DNA from: an uncultured Mollicutes bacterium
Lineage (GTDB): Bacteria; Bacillota_I; Bacilli_A; RF39; UBA660
Direction of reading: 5' to 3'
Assembly: GCA_900543055.1 (NCBI GenBank)
Contig: UQQI01000002.1
Span: 1 to 63,506, forward strand
DNA length: 63,506 bases
In this document: positions 1-8,799 of the stretch, in pieces
Position numbering within the stretch: position 1 is the first letter of the stretch
Layout of the letters: each line of letters starts with the position of its first letter
Notes under the pieces: model-generated
The model's input: the letters and a program-made list of their open reading frames with translations, nothing else
Databases searched by the model: none
Told to the model about the DNA's origin: nothing
Program-made: the position numbers and the translations under genes

Positions 1-55
1 ACCTTTGTTTGTTATCAATATTATAAATCGGTGACATTTTAACTAATGTTTAACA
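1..55. repeat. Terminal inverted repeat, left arm (perfect reverse complement of 63452..63506)
   Basis: Compared base by base: nt 1-55 equal the reverse complement of nt 63452-63506. Identity stops at position 56, immediately after the stop codons of the two outward-facing terminal genes. Confidence 0.95.
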
Positions 56-295
56 CTAATTTTTTAAAAGTTTAGCACATTTTTCCAATTGATCTAATAA
101 AGTCTTATTTTTTTCAATCTGTGTAAGAATCTTTTTTAAGGCCTCACAAGCTTCTTCTCCATTCCAATAAGCATCATCATTATTACCAACTTGAATCATT
201 GTAGCGTCTGTAAGAAGTAATTCTGTTGAATTTTTTAATCTGTCAATTTCTTTTGTTAATTTTTTTTCAAGTTTTTCCTTTTCCTTTGTTTTCAT
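56..295 (-). CDS. Small helical-hairpin protein with a central W-x-G motif (YWNGEEACEAL); possibly WXG100-like
   Basis: 79-aa ORF. AAGGAG lies 9 nt upstream of the ATG at 295. Two predicted helices flank WNG in mid-protein. The gene sits 20 nt downstream of the 126-aa ORF, so the two look like an operon. Confidence 0.5.
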   Translation of the reverse strand: MKTKEKEKLEKKLTKEIDRLKNSTELLLTDATMIQVGNNDDAYWNGEEACEALKKILTQIEKNKTLLDQLEKCAKLLKN

Positions 296-315
296 ATGTT
301 ACATCTCCTTATTAA

Positions 316-696
316 TTATTCATTGTATAGTAAAGATATCTTATCTTCTAAATTTGAAATTCTTTCATTTAGTTCTTTAATTTGAAATTTTTTCAAAGAA
401 TCATTAAATTTCATTTCTGTATTTGTACTTAATCTATTATAATTACCAGCAGTAGTAGAGCATTTTGTTCCTATATTTAAAAAATTATCTATATCTTTTC
501 CATCTACAATTTTTTTGTAAACTACTTTATTTAAAATATTATTTATTTGATTTAATGAATCTTCAATTATACTCATTTGTTTTACCATATCATTAATTAA
601 TGGCAAAGCATTTTTATGATTAACAACCAAATTATTTTTTTTCATATTTTTACCTAATTTTGAAGATTTAACAGACTCTATTTTATTCATAAACAT
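316..696 (-). CDS. Hypothetical coiled-coil protein, 126 aa, partner of the WxG-motif protein
   Basis: GGAGGG lies 8 nt upstream of the ATG at 696. The protein is helical, Asn/Lys-rich, and has no recognisable catalytic motif. Confidence 0.5.
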   Translation of the reverse strand: MFMNKIESVKSSKLGKNMKKNNLVVNHKNALPLINDMVKQMSIIEDSLNQINNILNKVVYKKIVDGKDIDNFLNIGTKCSTTAGNYNRLSTNTEMKFNDSLKKFQIKELNERISNLEDKISLLYNE

Positions 697-723
697 ATCA
701 TTATCCCTCCTATTATAGTAAAA

Positions 724-732
724 ATTATAACA
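724..732 (-). promoter_or_regulatory. Extended -10 promoter (TGTTATAAT) for the two-gene small-protein operon
   Basis: The reverse complement of 724-732 reads TGTTATAAT, about 30 nt upstream of the ATG at 696. There is no clear -35. Confidence 0.35.
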
Positions 733-1400
733 TGTTTTTAAAATAAAAAAAAGAAGTTAAATTTTTGAGTTTAGTTTTTTAGAAAGAAATTTATTATATT
801 TACTTAAATTCTTATTAATTTATAAAATATATTTTTTAAGATTGTAATTGTTTTACGACAAAATTTAGCATATTTATGCTATCTTTTTTATACTGAATTA
901 GCCTAAATTAGAGAAGAAACCGTAACTGTTTAATCTTTTCTCATTCTTCTATTTTCTACTATTATTTTATTTCTCTTGCTATTTTACTTAATAATATTAC
1001 TATATTTTTTATTAGATGAAATATTATTTTTTTATGATTTGTGCTAACTCCATATTCATAGTTATCATAAAATAACAATATAAATTTTACTTTTCTTTTC
1101 AGAACTTCTTCGTAACATTTTTTCTTTTCTCTTTAAATAAAAAGTTTCTTCTATCTTTATTCTTATTTTCATTAATCTCTTTATAATAATTATTTATTGC
1201 TAAATTGAAATTATCAAATAATCTTTCTATTATATATACTAGTTTAATATCTATTTTTAAATTTCTAACAAATCTTCTTATTAGAGCAGAATCACATTTA
1301 GATATAAGAAATGACATACCTGTAACAAATTTTGATTCAAGTTTTTGACAGTCTATTAGTATTTTTTTTATAAATTATATAAATAAGGATATTCTCTTAT

Positions 1401-1440
1401 TAAAAAAAATGAATCTATAAAAATACAGATTCATTTTTTT
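1401..1440 (-). terminator. Intrinsic terminator downstream of rplL (bidirectional shape)
   Basis: Perfect 9-bp stem AATGAATCT (1408-1416) / AGATTCATT (1427-1435), flanked by an A-run and a T-run. Confidence 0.7.
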
Positions 1441-1476
1441 AATTATTTTGAAATTTTATATAAACTCAAAGTTAAA

Positions 1477-1845
1477 TTATTTAACTTCTACAGTAGCTCC
1501 AGCTTCTTCAAGCTTAGCTTTGATTTCATCAGCTTCAGCTGTTGGAATATTTTCTTTAACAGCTCCGTTGTTATCAACGATATCTTTAGATTCTTTTAAT
1601 CCTAAACCAGTAATTTCTTTAACAACTTTGATTACAGCAACTTTAGAAGCCCCAGCATCAGCAATTGTTACAGTAACTGTACTTGGTGCAGCATCAGCAA
1701 CTCCTGCTCCAGCAGGTGCAGCAACTGCTACAGCAGATGGATCAACACCAAATTCTTCCTTCATTGCATCTACTAATTCTTTAATTTCTAATAAATTCAT
1801 TTCTTTTAAACTACTGATAAAATCTTCTTTTGTTAATTTAGCCAT
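1477..1845 (-). CDS. rplL: 50S ribosomal protein bL12 (L7/L12)
   Basis: Start trimmed to the ATG at 1845, preceded by GGGAGG. The protein has an Ala-rich hinge and the C-terminal ...[14 protein letters not shown], and follows rplJ. Confidence 0.95.
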   Translation of the reverse strand: MAKLTKEDFISSLKEMNLLEIKELVDAMKEEFGVDPSAVAVAAPAGAGVADAAPSTVTVTIADAGASKVAVIKVVKEITGLGLKESKDIVDNNGAVKENIPTAEADEIKAKLEEAGATVEVK

Positions 1846-1872
1846 TTTATTTCCTCCCATATTTTTTTATTA

Positions 1873-2367
1873 TTAATTTTCTTCTTTTTGTTGACTATAT
1901 AAGTCTAAGCAAATAGATAAGTCTCTTGCGATACCCATCATACCACCTGCTAGCATTGTTAATAATTGGTCTCTAGATGGTAATGAAGCATACTCAGCTA
2001 ATTTAGCTTGATCAGCCTTTTCTCCATCAACAATCCCTACTTTTAAAACTAATGCTGGGTGAGTTTTAGCAAATTCTGATATAACCTTAATTGGAGCAAT
2101 TTGATCTTCACCAAATGCAAATGCGCTTGGTCCATTTAATCCTTCAGAAAGGTCAATACCTAAATCATTGAAAGCTCTAGTCATTAAAGTATTCTTATAT
2201 ACTTTATAATCTGAATTTGTTTCTCTTAACTTAACACGTAATTCTTTTGCTTCACTATCAGTAATTCCACGATAATCGAATAATACTATAGTTTTAGCAT
2301 TAGAAGCACGATCTTTAATTTCATCAATTACAGATTGCTTTTGCTTTAATATCTTTTCACTTGCCAT
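1873..2367 (-). CDS. rplJ: 50S ribosomal protein uL10
   Basis: ATG at 2367 with AAGGAGGTG upstream; the track ORF extends to 2400 without an RBS. uL10-like sequence located between rplA and rplL. Confidence 0.9.
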   Translation of the reverse strand: MASEKILKQKQSVIDEIKDRASNAKTIVLFDYRGITDSEAKELRVKLRETNSDYKVYKNTLMTRAFNDLGIDLSEGLNGPSAFAFGEDQIAPIKVISEFAKTHPALVLKVGIVDGEKADQAKLAEYASLPSRDQLLTMLAGGMMGIARDLSICLDLYSQQKEEN

Positions 2368-2403
2368 AATACACCTCCTTAATTTATTGAGGGATGCCAT
2401 AAT

Positions 2404-2433
2404 AAAAGGTTCTCAATCATACGAGAACCTTTT
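2404..2433 (-). promoter_or_regulatory. rplJ leader attenuator hairpin (L10-leader-like)
   Basis: Perfect 11-bp stem AAAAGGTTCTC / GAGAACCTTTT with an 8-nt loop. A U-rich tract follows on the minus-strand transcript, 35-65 nt upstream of the rplJ start. Confidence 0.5.
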
Positions 2434-2524
2434 AAATCTACTAGTAAAAGTCCTCGGTAGGATTTATTTTAACACCTACTGTCTATGGCACCTACAAATT
2501 GTCTTTATTATATACTATAAATTA

Positions 2525-3220
2525 TTATTTGTCAAAATTATTTTCAACTTTAATACCAGGACCCATAGTTGATGATATAGAAATGTTCTTAATATATTCA
2601 CCTTTTACAGTTGCTGGCTTAATTCTTATAATTTGAGCAACAAATGCATCTAAGTTAGCAAGTAAATCTTCTTCGCTGAAAGAAGCTTTTCCAATAACAC
2701 CATGAATATTTCCGAATGAATCAGTTCTATATTCAACACGTCCAGCTTTTACTTCTTCAACTGCTTTTTTTACATCCATTGTAACTGTACCTGTTTTAGG
2801 GTTTGGCATTAATCCTTTTGGTCCTAAAACTCTACCTAATTTACCAAGTAAAGGCATCATATCAGGAGTCGCAATCATTGTATCAAAATCGAACCAATTT
2901 TCTTTTTCGATTTTTTCTAACATATCAGTATCTCCTACATAATCTGCGCCAGCATCTTTTGCTTCTTGTGCTTTAGGTCCTCTTGCAATTACTAAAACTT
3001 TCTTAGTCTTTCCTGTTCCTTTAGGAAGTACTATAGCACCTCTTAATTGTTGATCAGCTTTTTTAGTATCTAGATTTAATCTCATAGCTACTTCAACTGA
3101 ACCATCAAAAGAACTAATAGAAGTTTCTTTAACTAACTTAACAGCTTCTTGTTTTGTATATGCTTTAGTCTTATCAATTTTAGATAAAACTTCAGTATAC
3201 TTCTTACTTCTCTTTTTCAT
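2525..3220 (-). CDS. rplA: 50S ribosomal protein uL1
   Basis: 231 aa containing [12 protein letters not shown]...GADYVG and [16 protein letters not shown] motifs. Sits in rplK-rplA-rplJ-rplL synteny. Confidence 0.95.
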   Translation of the reverse strand: MKKRSKKYTEVLSKIDKTKAYTKQEAVKLVKETSISSFDGSVEVAMRLNLDTKKADQQLRGAIVLPKGTGKTKKVLVIARGPKAQEAKDAGADYVGDTDMLEKIEKENWFDFDTMIATPDMMPLLGKLGRVLGPKGLMPNPKTGTVTMDVKKAVEEVKAGRVEYRTDSFGNIHGVIGKASFSEEDLLANLDAFVAQIIRIKPATVKGEYIKNISISSTMGPGIKVENNFDK

Positions 3221-3302
3221 TTTCTTTCCTCCTTATGTGGTTAAAGCGGATAATTCCTTCCACTAGGTTTGTTTGTCCTATATATTGAAGGTAAATTACT
3301 TA

Positions 3303-3728
3303 TTAATCTTTAATTTCAATACCCATGTTTTTTGCAGTACCAGCAACAATCTTCATTGCTTCTTCTACAGTATATGCATTCAAATCAGGTAACTTAATTT
3401 CTGCAATTTCTTTTAATGTTGCATTATTAATTGTTGCAACAGTTTGTTTTGCACCAGTTGTTGAACCTTTTTGTACATTTGCATATTTCTTTAATAAGAA
3501 ACTTGTTGGTGGAGTTTTAACTACAAAATCAAAACTTCTATCATCATAAATTGTGATTTCAACAGGTAAAATATCACCCATTTTATCTCTAGTTGCATCA
3601 TTGTACTTAGTACAGAAATCTTGTAAGTTTATTCCTGCAGGTCCTAATACAGTTCCAACTGGTGGAGCTGGTGTAGCTTTCCCTGCAGCGATTTGTAATT
3701 TAATCTTTTTTACTACTTCTTTTGCCAC
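3303..3728 (-). CDS. rplK: 50S ribosomal protein uL11
   Basis: GTG start at 3728, 6 nt after AGGAGGTG. Contains KLQIAAGKATPAPPVGTVLGPAGIN. Confidence 0.9.
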   Translation of the reverse strand: MAKEVVKKIKLQIAAGKATPAPPVGTVLGPAGINLQDFCTKYNDATRDKMGDILPVEITIYDDRSFDFVVKTPPTSFLLKKYANVQKGSTTGAKQTVATINNATLKEIAEIKLPDLNAYTVEEAMKIVAGTAKNMGIEIKD

Positions 3729-3905
3729 GAAAAACACCTCCTATAATTTTTAGTTTTCGCGAGTGGTCCAAATAGCTTGATTCCCGCTTTTATAAATGCA
3801 AACCATGCTTCCCACTGAATAACTATATATATAAACTAAATATAGCCCCTAAATAATAACACATAATGTTTAAAATATCAAGTAAAATAAGTGTTTTATT
3901 GCTTT

Positions 3906-4439
3906 TTATGCATTTTCTATTTGTCCAAGTTCAACTTCAACAGATGTTTCTTGTCCAAATAAGTCTACTGAAAGCATAACTTTTTGATTAGCTAAGTCAA
4001 CAGAATCAATTTTTCCAAACATTCCATTAAATGGCCCAGCAATAATTTTAACCTTAGTACCTTCTTTAAGTTCAGTATCTACGTTCATTCTGCTAATTCC
4101 CATATTACCTAAAATATTATCAACCTCATAAGGTTGTAATGGTGTTGGTTTAGCACCTTTTCCGCTTGACCCAATAAATCCAGTTACTCCAGGTGTATTT
4201 CTTACTACATACCAAGCCTCATCACTCATTACCATTTCAACTAAAATATAACCAGGGAACATTTTCTTTGTTCTTTCCTTAGTTACACCATTTTTAACTT
4301 CTGTAACTTTTTCTTCAGGAATAACCACTCTATAAATATAATCTTTCATATCCATAGATTCAGCTCTCATTTCTAATTTTTCTTTAACCTTATTCTCATG
4401 ACCAGAATAAGTATTAACTACATACCATTGTTTTTCCAT
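3906..4439 (-). CDS. nusG: Transcription termination/antitermination factor NusG
   Basis: ATG at 4439 after AAAGGAG. N-terminal WYVVNTYSGHENKV and a C-terminal KOW-like region. Sits in secE-nusG-rplK synteny. Confidence 0.92.
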   Translation of the reverse strand: MEKQWYVVNTYSGHENKVKEKLEMRAESMDMKDYIYRVVIPEEKVTEVKNGVTKERTKKMFPGYILVEMVMSDEAWYVVRNTPGVTGFIGSSGKGAKPTPLQPYEVDNILGNMGISRMNVDTELKEGTKVKIIAGPFNGMFGKIDSVDLANQKVMLSVDLFGQETSVEVELGQIENA

Positions 4440-4455
4440 AAATACTAACTCCTTT

Positions 4456-4776
4456 TTAACCAATTAAAGATTGAACCAATGCGAAAAGAACATCAATTAA
4501 ATAAAAGAAAAGTGAACAAAATATTATAGTAATAATAGTTGCTATAGAATATTTAACCATATCTTTCTTATTTGTCCAATGAACTTTTTTAAATTCAGAT
4601 TTAACACCATGACAAAATGTCATAAATCTAGCAAATAAACTTTTCTTCTCAACTACAATTTCTTTCTTGTTAGTAGTCTTTTTTTCCTTTTTTTTATTTT
4701 CTACTTTCTTTGTTTCTGTTTTTATACTTGATGTATTATACTTGTCTTCAACAACTTTCTTTCTAACTTCAGCCAT
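4456..4776 (-). CDS. secE: Preprotein translocase subunit SecE with a Lys-rich N-terminal extension
   Basis: C-terminal KKVHWTNKKDMVKYSIATIITIIFCSLFFYLID resembles the B. subtilis SecE TM segment. Located directly upstream of nusG. Confidence 0.8.
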   Translation of the reverse strand: MAEVRKKVVEDKYNTSSIKTETKKVENKKKEKKTTNKKEIVVEKKSLFARFMTFCHGVKSEFKKVHWTNKKDMVKYSIATIITIIFCSLFFYLIDVLFALVQSLIG

Positions 4777-4874
4777 ATCTTCACCTATTCCTAATTTGTT
4801 TCAAAATAAAAACACTTCTGAGTGCTTACACCATTAAAATAGCACAAACACAAAGAAATGTCAACGAATATGAA

Positions 4875-5576
4875 CTAAATTAAACTTAATACCCATCCTA
4901 TCATACACATTAGTAAAAGAGTAAACATACAAATAGTTGGAACTAGTAAATAATTAATAAAGGCTGAATCACGAATTCCGCTGATTTGCTTGTAAATAGT
5001 ATCATTTATTCTATTATTATTAAAATTACTTAAATTGAGCCTATTGTTTTCTTTCACAAGTGACTTATCTTTTGATGCATTTTCCCCTAATTCATTTTCT
5101 AAATTTATTAAATCCCTATTACGTCTTTCAACATCGTATTCACACAAATAAACTGAAGCACCTCTTTGAATCACACCTCTATAATAAGGAACATTTTCAC
5201 TAGGCAAAAATTGAGCAAATGAATCAAAATTTTCTTTTAAAAATTCAATATTTAACTGACTAAGTGGAATATGTAAATAATAACAAATTTGTATAATACT
5301 GGAGTTAAATATATCTTCATTTATCATTTTCTTTTTTCTTATAGGATCAGGAGATAATTGAATTAAACTAACGAATTGGACATAATCAGGTCTATTTTCC
5401 AACACATCAATCTGAGTTGGACTAAAATCATTAATACAATAATCATGTTCATGAATATATTTTAAAGCTTTATCCATATTTAAAAATAACTCTTTCATAT
5501 CATTTTCTGATGAATGAATCTTAATCCATTCATCAAGATTACATGATTCATAATTTCTATAATTATTACCAATCAT
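4875..5576 (-). CDS. Tail-anchored membrane protein with a degenerate protein-kinase C-lobe-like region (pseudokinase-like); possible SigH partner
   Basis: 233 aa. ALKYIHEHDYCINDFSPTQIDV aligns to the kinase HRD/catalytic-loop segment, and DIFNSSIIQICYYL to subdomain IX. No Gly-loop or VAIK Lys. One C-terminal TM helix (LLVPTICMFTLLLMCMIGWVLSLI). Confidence 0.6.
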   Translation of the reverse strand: MIGNNYRNYESCNLDEWIKIHSSENDMKELFLNMDKALKYIHEHDYCINDFSPTQIDVLENRPDYVQFVSLIQLSPDPIRKKKMINEDIFNSSIIQICYYLHIPLSQLNIEFLKENFDSFAQFLPSENVPYYRGVIQRGASVYLCEYDVERRNRDLINLENELGENASKDKSLVKENNRLNLSNFNNNRINDTIYKQISGIRDSAFINYLLVPTICMFTLLLMCMIGWVLSLI

Positions 5577-5645
5577 ATTAAAACCATCCTATCCTAATAT
5601 AATTTTAAATCATATTAAGAAAAAAAACAATTTATAAATTAATAA

Positions 5646-6227
5646 TTATTCACATAATATTCTCGTCCTTATTTCGTCTCTAACTAAATTCACTCTATAA
5701 GAAACTGAATTTATTGATACTTCTAAAAGAATAGAAATTTCTTTCAAAGAAAAATTATTCATTTTTAATTCAAAAGGAGCAGTATATTTTAAATCTAATG
5801 AATATAAAACATCTTTAATAGTATTCATAGTATCTTCATAGTCTAATTCATCATTTAAAGATACAGAATTATCTCTTACATCTAAATCATCTAATGAAAC
5901 AAAGTATTTATTACTTATATTTCTTTTTGGTAAAGTTATATTCTTAGTAAAACTAAGTAATCGTCTCCTAATACACAATTCAACAAAAGTATAAAATAAT
6001 GCCCCTTTCGAAGAATCATACTTATTTAAAGCATTTTGAAATCCAACATAACCTTCTTGAATAAAATCATCATAGTCATATCCATAATCAGAATACCTAT
6101 CATAAAATTCCTTAGAGATATTTTTTACAATAGGCTTATACTTTTCAAATAAAGAATAATATGAAAACTCATCATTTTCTCTTACCATCGATATTAATTC
6201 ATAATCATTATAATTTTTATAATTCAT
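5646..6227 (-). CDS. sigH: RNA polymerase sigma factor SigH-like (sigma-70 family)
   Basis: FIQEGYVGFQNAL...FYTFVELCIRRRLLSF resembles B. subtilis SigH regions 2-3. Occupies the conserved position cysS-mrnC-rlmB-sigH-secE-nusG. Confidence 0.75.
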   Translation of the reverse strand: MNYKNYNDYELISMVRENDEFSYYSLFEKYKPIVKNISKEFYDRYSDYGYDYDDFIQEGYVGFQNALNKYDSSKGALFYTFVELCIRRRLLSFTKNITLPKRNISNKYFVSLDDLDVRDNSVSLNDELDYEDTMNTIKDVLYSLDLKYTAPFELKMNNFSLKEISILLEVSINSVSYRVNLVRDEIRTRILCE

Positions 6228-6232
6228 TTAAC

Positions 6233-6931
6233 CTACTTTCTATTACGAATCATCTCATATATCATTATACCAGTAGCAACACTTGCATTTAAACTATTAG
6301 TTTCTCCATACATTGGAATTTTTGCAATAAAGTCACATTTTTTCATAACTAAATTAGATATTCCTGTTCCTTCATTACCAACTATAAGAGCTATCTTACC
6401 AGTATAGTCAATATCTCTATAGTCAACACTATCTTTAAGAGCAGTACCAACTATCCAATATCCATTTTCTTTTAATTTATCTATTGTATTAGATAAATTC
6501 GTAACTTGAACTATATTTACATTATCCAATGTACCAACACTAGTTTTCATAACAGTTGCATTGACTTGTACTTGTCTATCTTTAGGAATAATAACAGATT
6601 TTATTCCTGCAGCCTCACAAGTTCTAATAATAGCACCTAAATTATGAGGATCTTCGATATGATCTAAAATAACAACTTTCTCCTCATTTTTATTTAAAAA
6701 AGTGTTAATATTAGAATATTGATAATCCGGAATAAATAAGAGTATACCTTGATGTACCCCAGAACACAAATTATCAATTTCTCTTTTTTTCTTATAAAAA
6801 ACTACAATTTTAGAATTTTCGATAAGTGAAATTATCTCTTTATCATTAAAATTCTCTTGCAAAAAAATTTTTTCGACTTTTTCACCTTTTTTTAAAATAT
6901 CCTTTGCTACATTTCTTCCATAAACTAACAT
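6233..6931 (-). CDS. rlmB: 23S rRNA (guanosine-2'-O)-methyltransferase RlmB/YacO (SpoU/TrmH family)
   Basis: SpoU motifs DHIEDPHNLGAIIRT, LIVGNEGTGIS and SLNASVATGI, plus synteny. Confidence 0.85.
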   Translation of the reverse strand: MLVYGRNVAKDILKKGEKVEKIFLQENFNDKEIISLIENSKIVVFYKKKREIDNLCSGVHQGILLFIPDYQYSNINTFLNKNEEKVVILDHIEDPHNLGAIIRTCEAAGIKSVIIPKDRQVQVNATVMKTSVGTLDNVNIVQVTNLSNTIDKLKENGYWIVGTALKDSVDYRDIDYTGKIALIVGNEGTGISNLVMKKCDFIAKIPMYGETNSLNASVATGIMIYEMIRNRK

Positions 6932-6934
6932 AAA

Positions 6935-7306
6935 CTATACCAAGATAAAATTCATTATTTCATCTATCCTTTCAATGTTTTCTTTTAAATTCAAATAACC
7001 AATTAAGGCTTCCAAACCTGTCGCATATTTATACATAATAATATCACAATTCTTAGGGTGGGAAGTTGTTTTATAATTTCTAGCTCTCTTTACAACATCG
7101 AGTTCTTCATTAGATAAAAAATTACCAGCTATCATTTTCTTCAAATACCCTGATTGTGATTTTGCACTTACATAATTAACAGCCTCTTTTTGTAAATCGT
7201 TAACATTTGCAATACCTTTATTAATTAAATACTTTCTAACATAATTTTCATATATAGTATCACCTAAATAAGCTAAAACTAAAACGTTTATTTCTAATAT
7301 ATTCAT
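6935..7306 (-). CDS. mrnC: Mini-ribonuclease 3 (YazC/MrnC)
   Basis: LAYLGDTIYE and ATGLEALIGYL RNase III-like motifs. ATG at 7306 follows GGTGA. Located downstream of cysS. Confidence 0.85.
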   Translation of the reverse strand: MNILEINVLVLAYLGDTIYENYVRKYLINKGIANVNDLQKEAVNYVSAKSQSGYLKKMIAGNFLSNEELDVVKRARNYKTTSHPKNCDIIMYKYATGLEALIGYLNLKENIERIDEIMNFILV

Positions 7307-7351
7307 AAAATCACCATACATATTATATCATAAGAAAAGAATTAGTAAAAA

Positions 7352-8749
7352 CTAATCCTTAATTATTTCATAAATAGTTCCTTCACGAGTATCAATTAGC
7401 TTAATTCCCTCTTTTAATAAATTATCTCTAATTTCATCTGCTAAAACATAATTTTTATTTTTCTTTGCTTCATTTCTTTCAGCAATTTTTTCTTTTATAT
7501 ACGCATCATTTTCTAGATTTTCTTCTTCATTACTAATTAAATTAAGAGATAAAACTTCATCAAATGATGTAATTAATGATATTTTAGTCTTATCTGACAC
7601 ATAAGAATCTTTAAGTAATTCATAAATAACAGTTATAGCATTTGCAGTATTTAAATCATTAGATATTTCTAAAATAAATTTATTATTGTATATTTTGTAT
7701 AAATTTCTATCTAATTCGCCACTATCCGAAAGCGATTTGATTTTATTTCTCAATTTCTTTAATGTAGACTCTGCTTGAGTAAGCGCATCATAAGAAAAAA
7801 CTAATTGCTTCCTATAATGAGAATTTAAACACATAAATCTAAAGGCTAAAGGATCAAATCCATTTTCTTTTAATTTAGTTACAGTAAGTATAGCTCCTTT
7901 AGATTTACTCATTTTACCAGTTTGATCTAAAAGATGTTCATTATGAAACCAGTAATTACACCACTTATGACCAAGATAAGCTTCACTTTGTGCTATTTCA
8001 TTTGTATGATGTGGAAAAATATTATCAACTCCTCCACCATGAATATCTAAATGTTCTCCTAAATATTTTATAGAAATTCCACTACATTCTATATGCCATC
8101 CAGGATAACCTTTTCCCCAAGGAGAATCCCATAACAATTCATGATTTTCAAACTTAGATGTTGTAAACCACAAAGCAAAATCTGCTTGATTCCTCTTATT
8201 TGAATCTTCTTCTACTCCATCTCTTGCGCCAACAACCAAATCATCTTCTTGATGATTAGTTAAAACATAATAGTCATTAAGTTTACTAATGTCAAAATAT
8301 ACATTTCCACCAGAAATATAAGCATATTCATCTTTTAGTAATTTTTCTATTATCTTAATATACATATCAATATTTTCAGTAGCAGGAGAAACTATTTCTG
8401 GCATTTTACAGTTAACAAGACTAAAATCTTCAAAAAAAGCATCTGTATAAAATTTAGCTATTTCCATTGAAGACTTATGTTCTCTTTTTCTAGCAACTTC
8501 CATCTTATCTTCACCGGAATCAGAATCACTTGTTAAATGTCCAACATCAGTTATATTCATTGCACGTGTAACATCATACCCTAAATATCTTAATGTTTTA
8601 TCTAAGATATCATGCCCTATATAATTTCTAATATTACCAATATGAGCATAATGATAAACTGTAGGTCCACAAGTATATAATTTTACTTTTCCATCTTCAT
8701 TAGGAACAAATTCTTCCACTTTCCTTGTTAACGTATTGTATAATTTCAT
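7352..8749 (-). CDS. cysS: Cysteinyl-tRNA synthetase
   Basis: 465 aa with a HIGN-type motif (YHYAHIGNIRNY), KMSKS and the WHIECS zinc site. Confidence 0.95.
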   Translation of the reverse strand: MKLYNTLTRKVEEFVPNEDGKVKLYTCGPTVYHYAHIGNIRNYIGHDILDKTLRYLGYDVTRAMNITDVGHLTSDSDSGEDKMEVARKREHKSSMEIAKFYTDAFFEDFSLVNCKMPEIVSPATENIDMYIKIIEKLLKDEYAYISGGNVYFDISKLNDYYVLTNHQEDDLVVGARDGVEEDSNKRNQADFALWFTTSKFENHELLWDSPWGKGYPGWHIECSGISIKYLGEHLDIHGGGVDNIFPHHTNEIAQSEAYLGHKWCNYWFHNEHLLDQTGKMSKSKGAILTVTKLKENGFDPLAFRFMCLNSHYRKQLVFSYDALTQAESTLKKLRNKIKSLSDSGELDRNLYKIYNNKFILEISNDLNTANAITVIYELLKDSYVSDKTKISLITSFDEVLSLNLISNEEENLENDAYIKEKIAERNEAKKNKNYVLADEIRDNLLKEGIKLIDTREGTIYEIIKD

Positions 8750-8799
8750 AACATCACCTCTGTTTTTATGAAAATATTATAACAAATTTAAATATAAAA

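Noticed and set aside
866-881. The palindrome TAGCATATTTATGCTA followed by TCTTTTTTA: a terminator-like hairpin on the plus strand.
   Set aside because: There is no plus-strand gene or recognisable RNA upstream for it to terminate, the effective stem is short, and no function can be assigned.
1099-1317. 72-aa minus-strand ORF in the gene-poor region after rplL.
   Set aside because: It has no convincing RBS (only ACAGGT before the ATG) and no recognisable motif. It lies in AT-rich DNA where ORFs of this size arise by chance. It could be a gene remnant, but I cannot support it.
1448-1876. 142-aa plus-strand ORF antisense to rplL. Similar antisense or intragenic ORFs appear in the track, for example 3325-3549, 3553-3753, 17797-18036, 30354-30560, 40732-41037, 52319-52600, 53145-53387 and 61850-62152.
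   Set aside because: They lie entirely inside strongly supported conserved genes and have low-complexity or hydrophobic translations typical of antisense frames in AT-rich DNA. They also lack RBS support.
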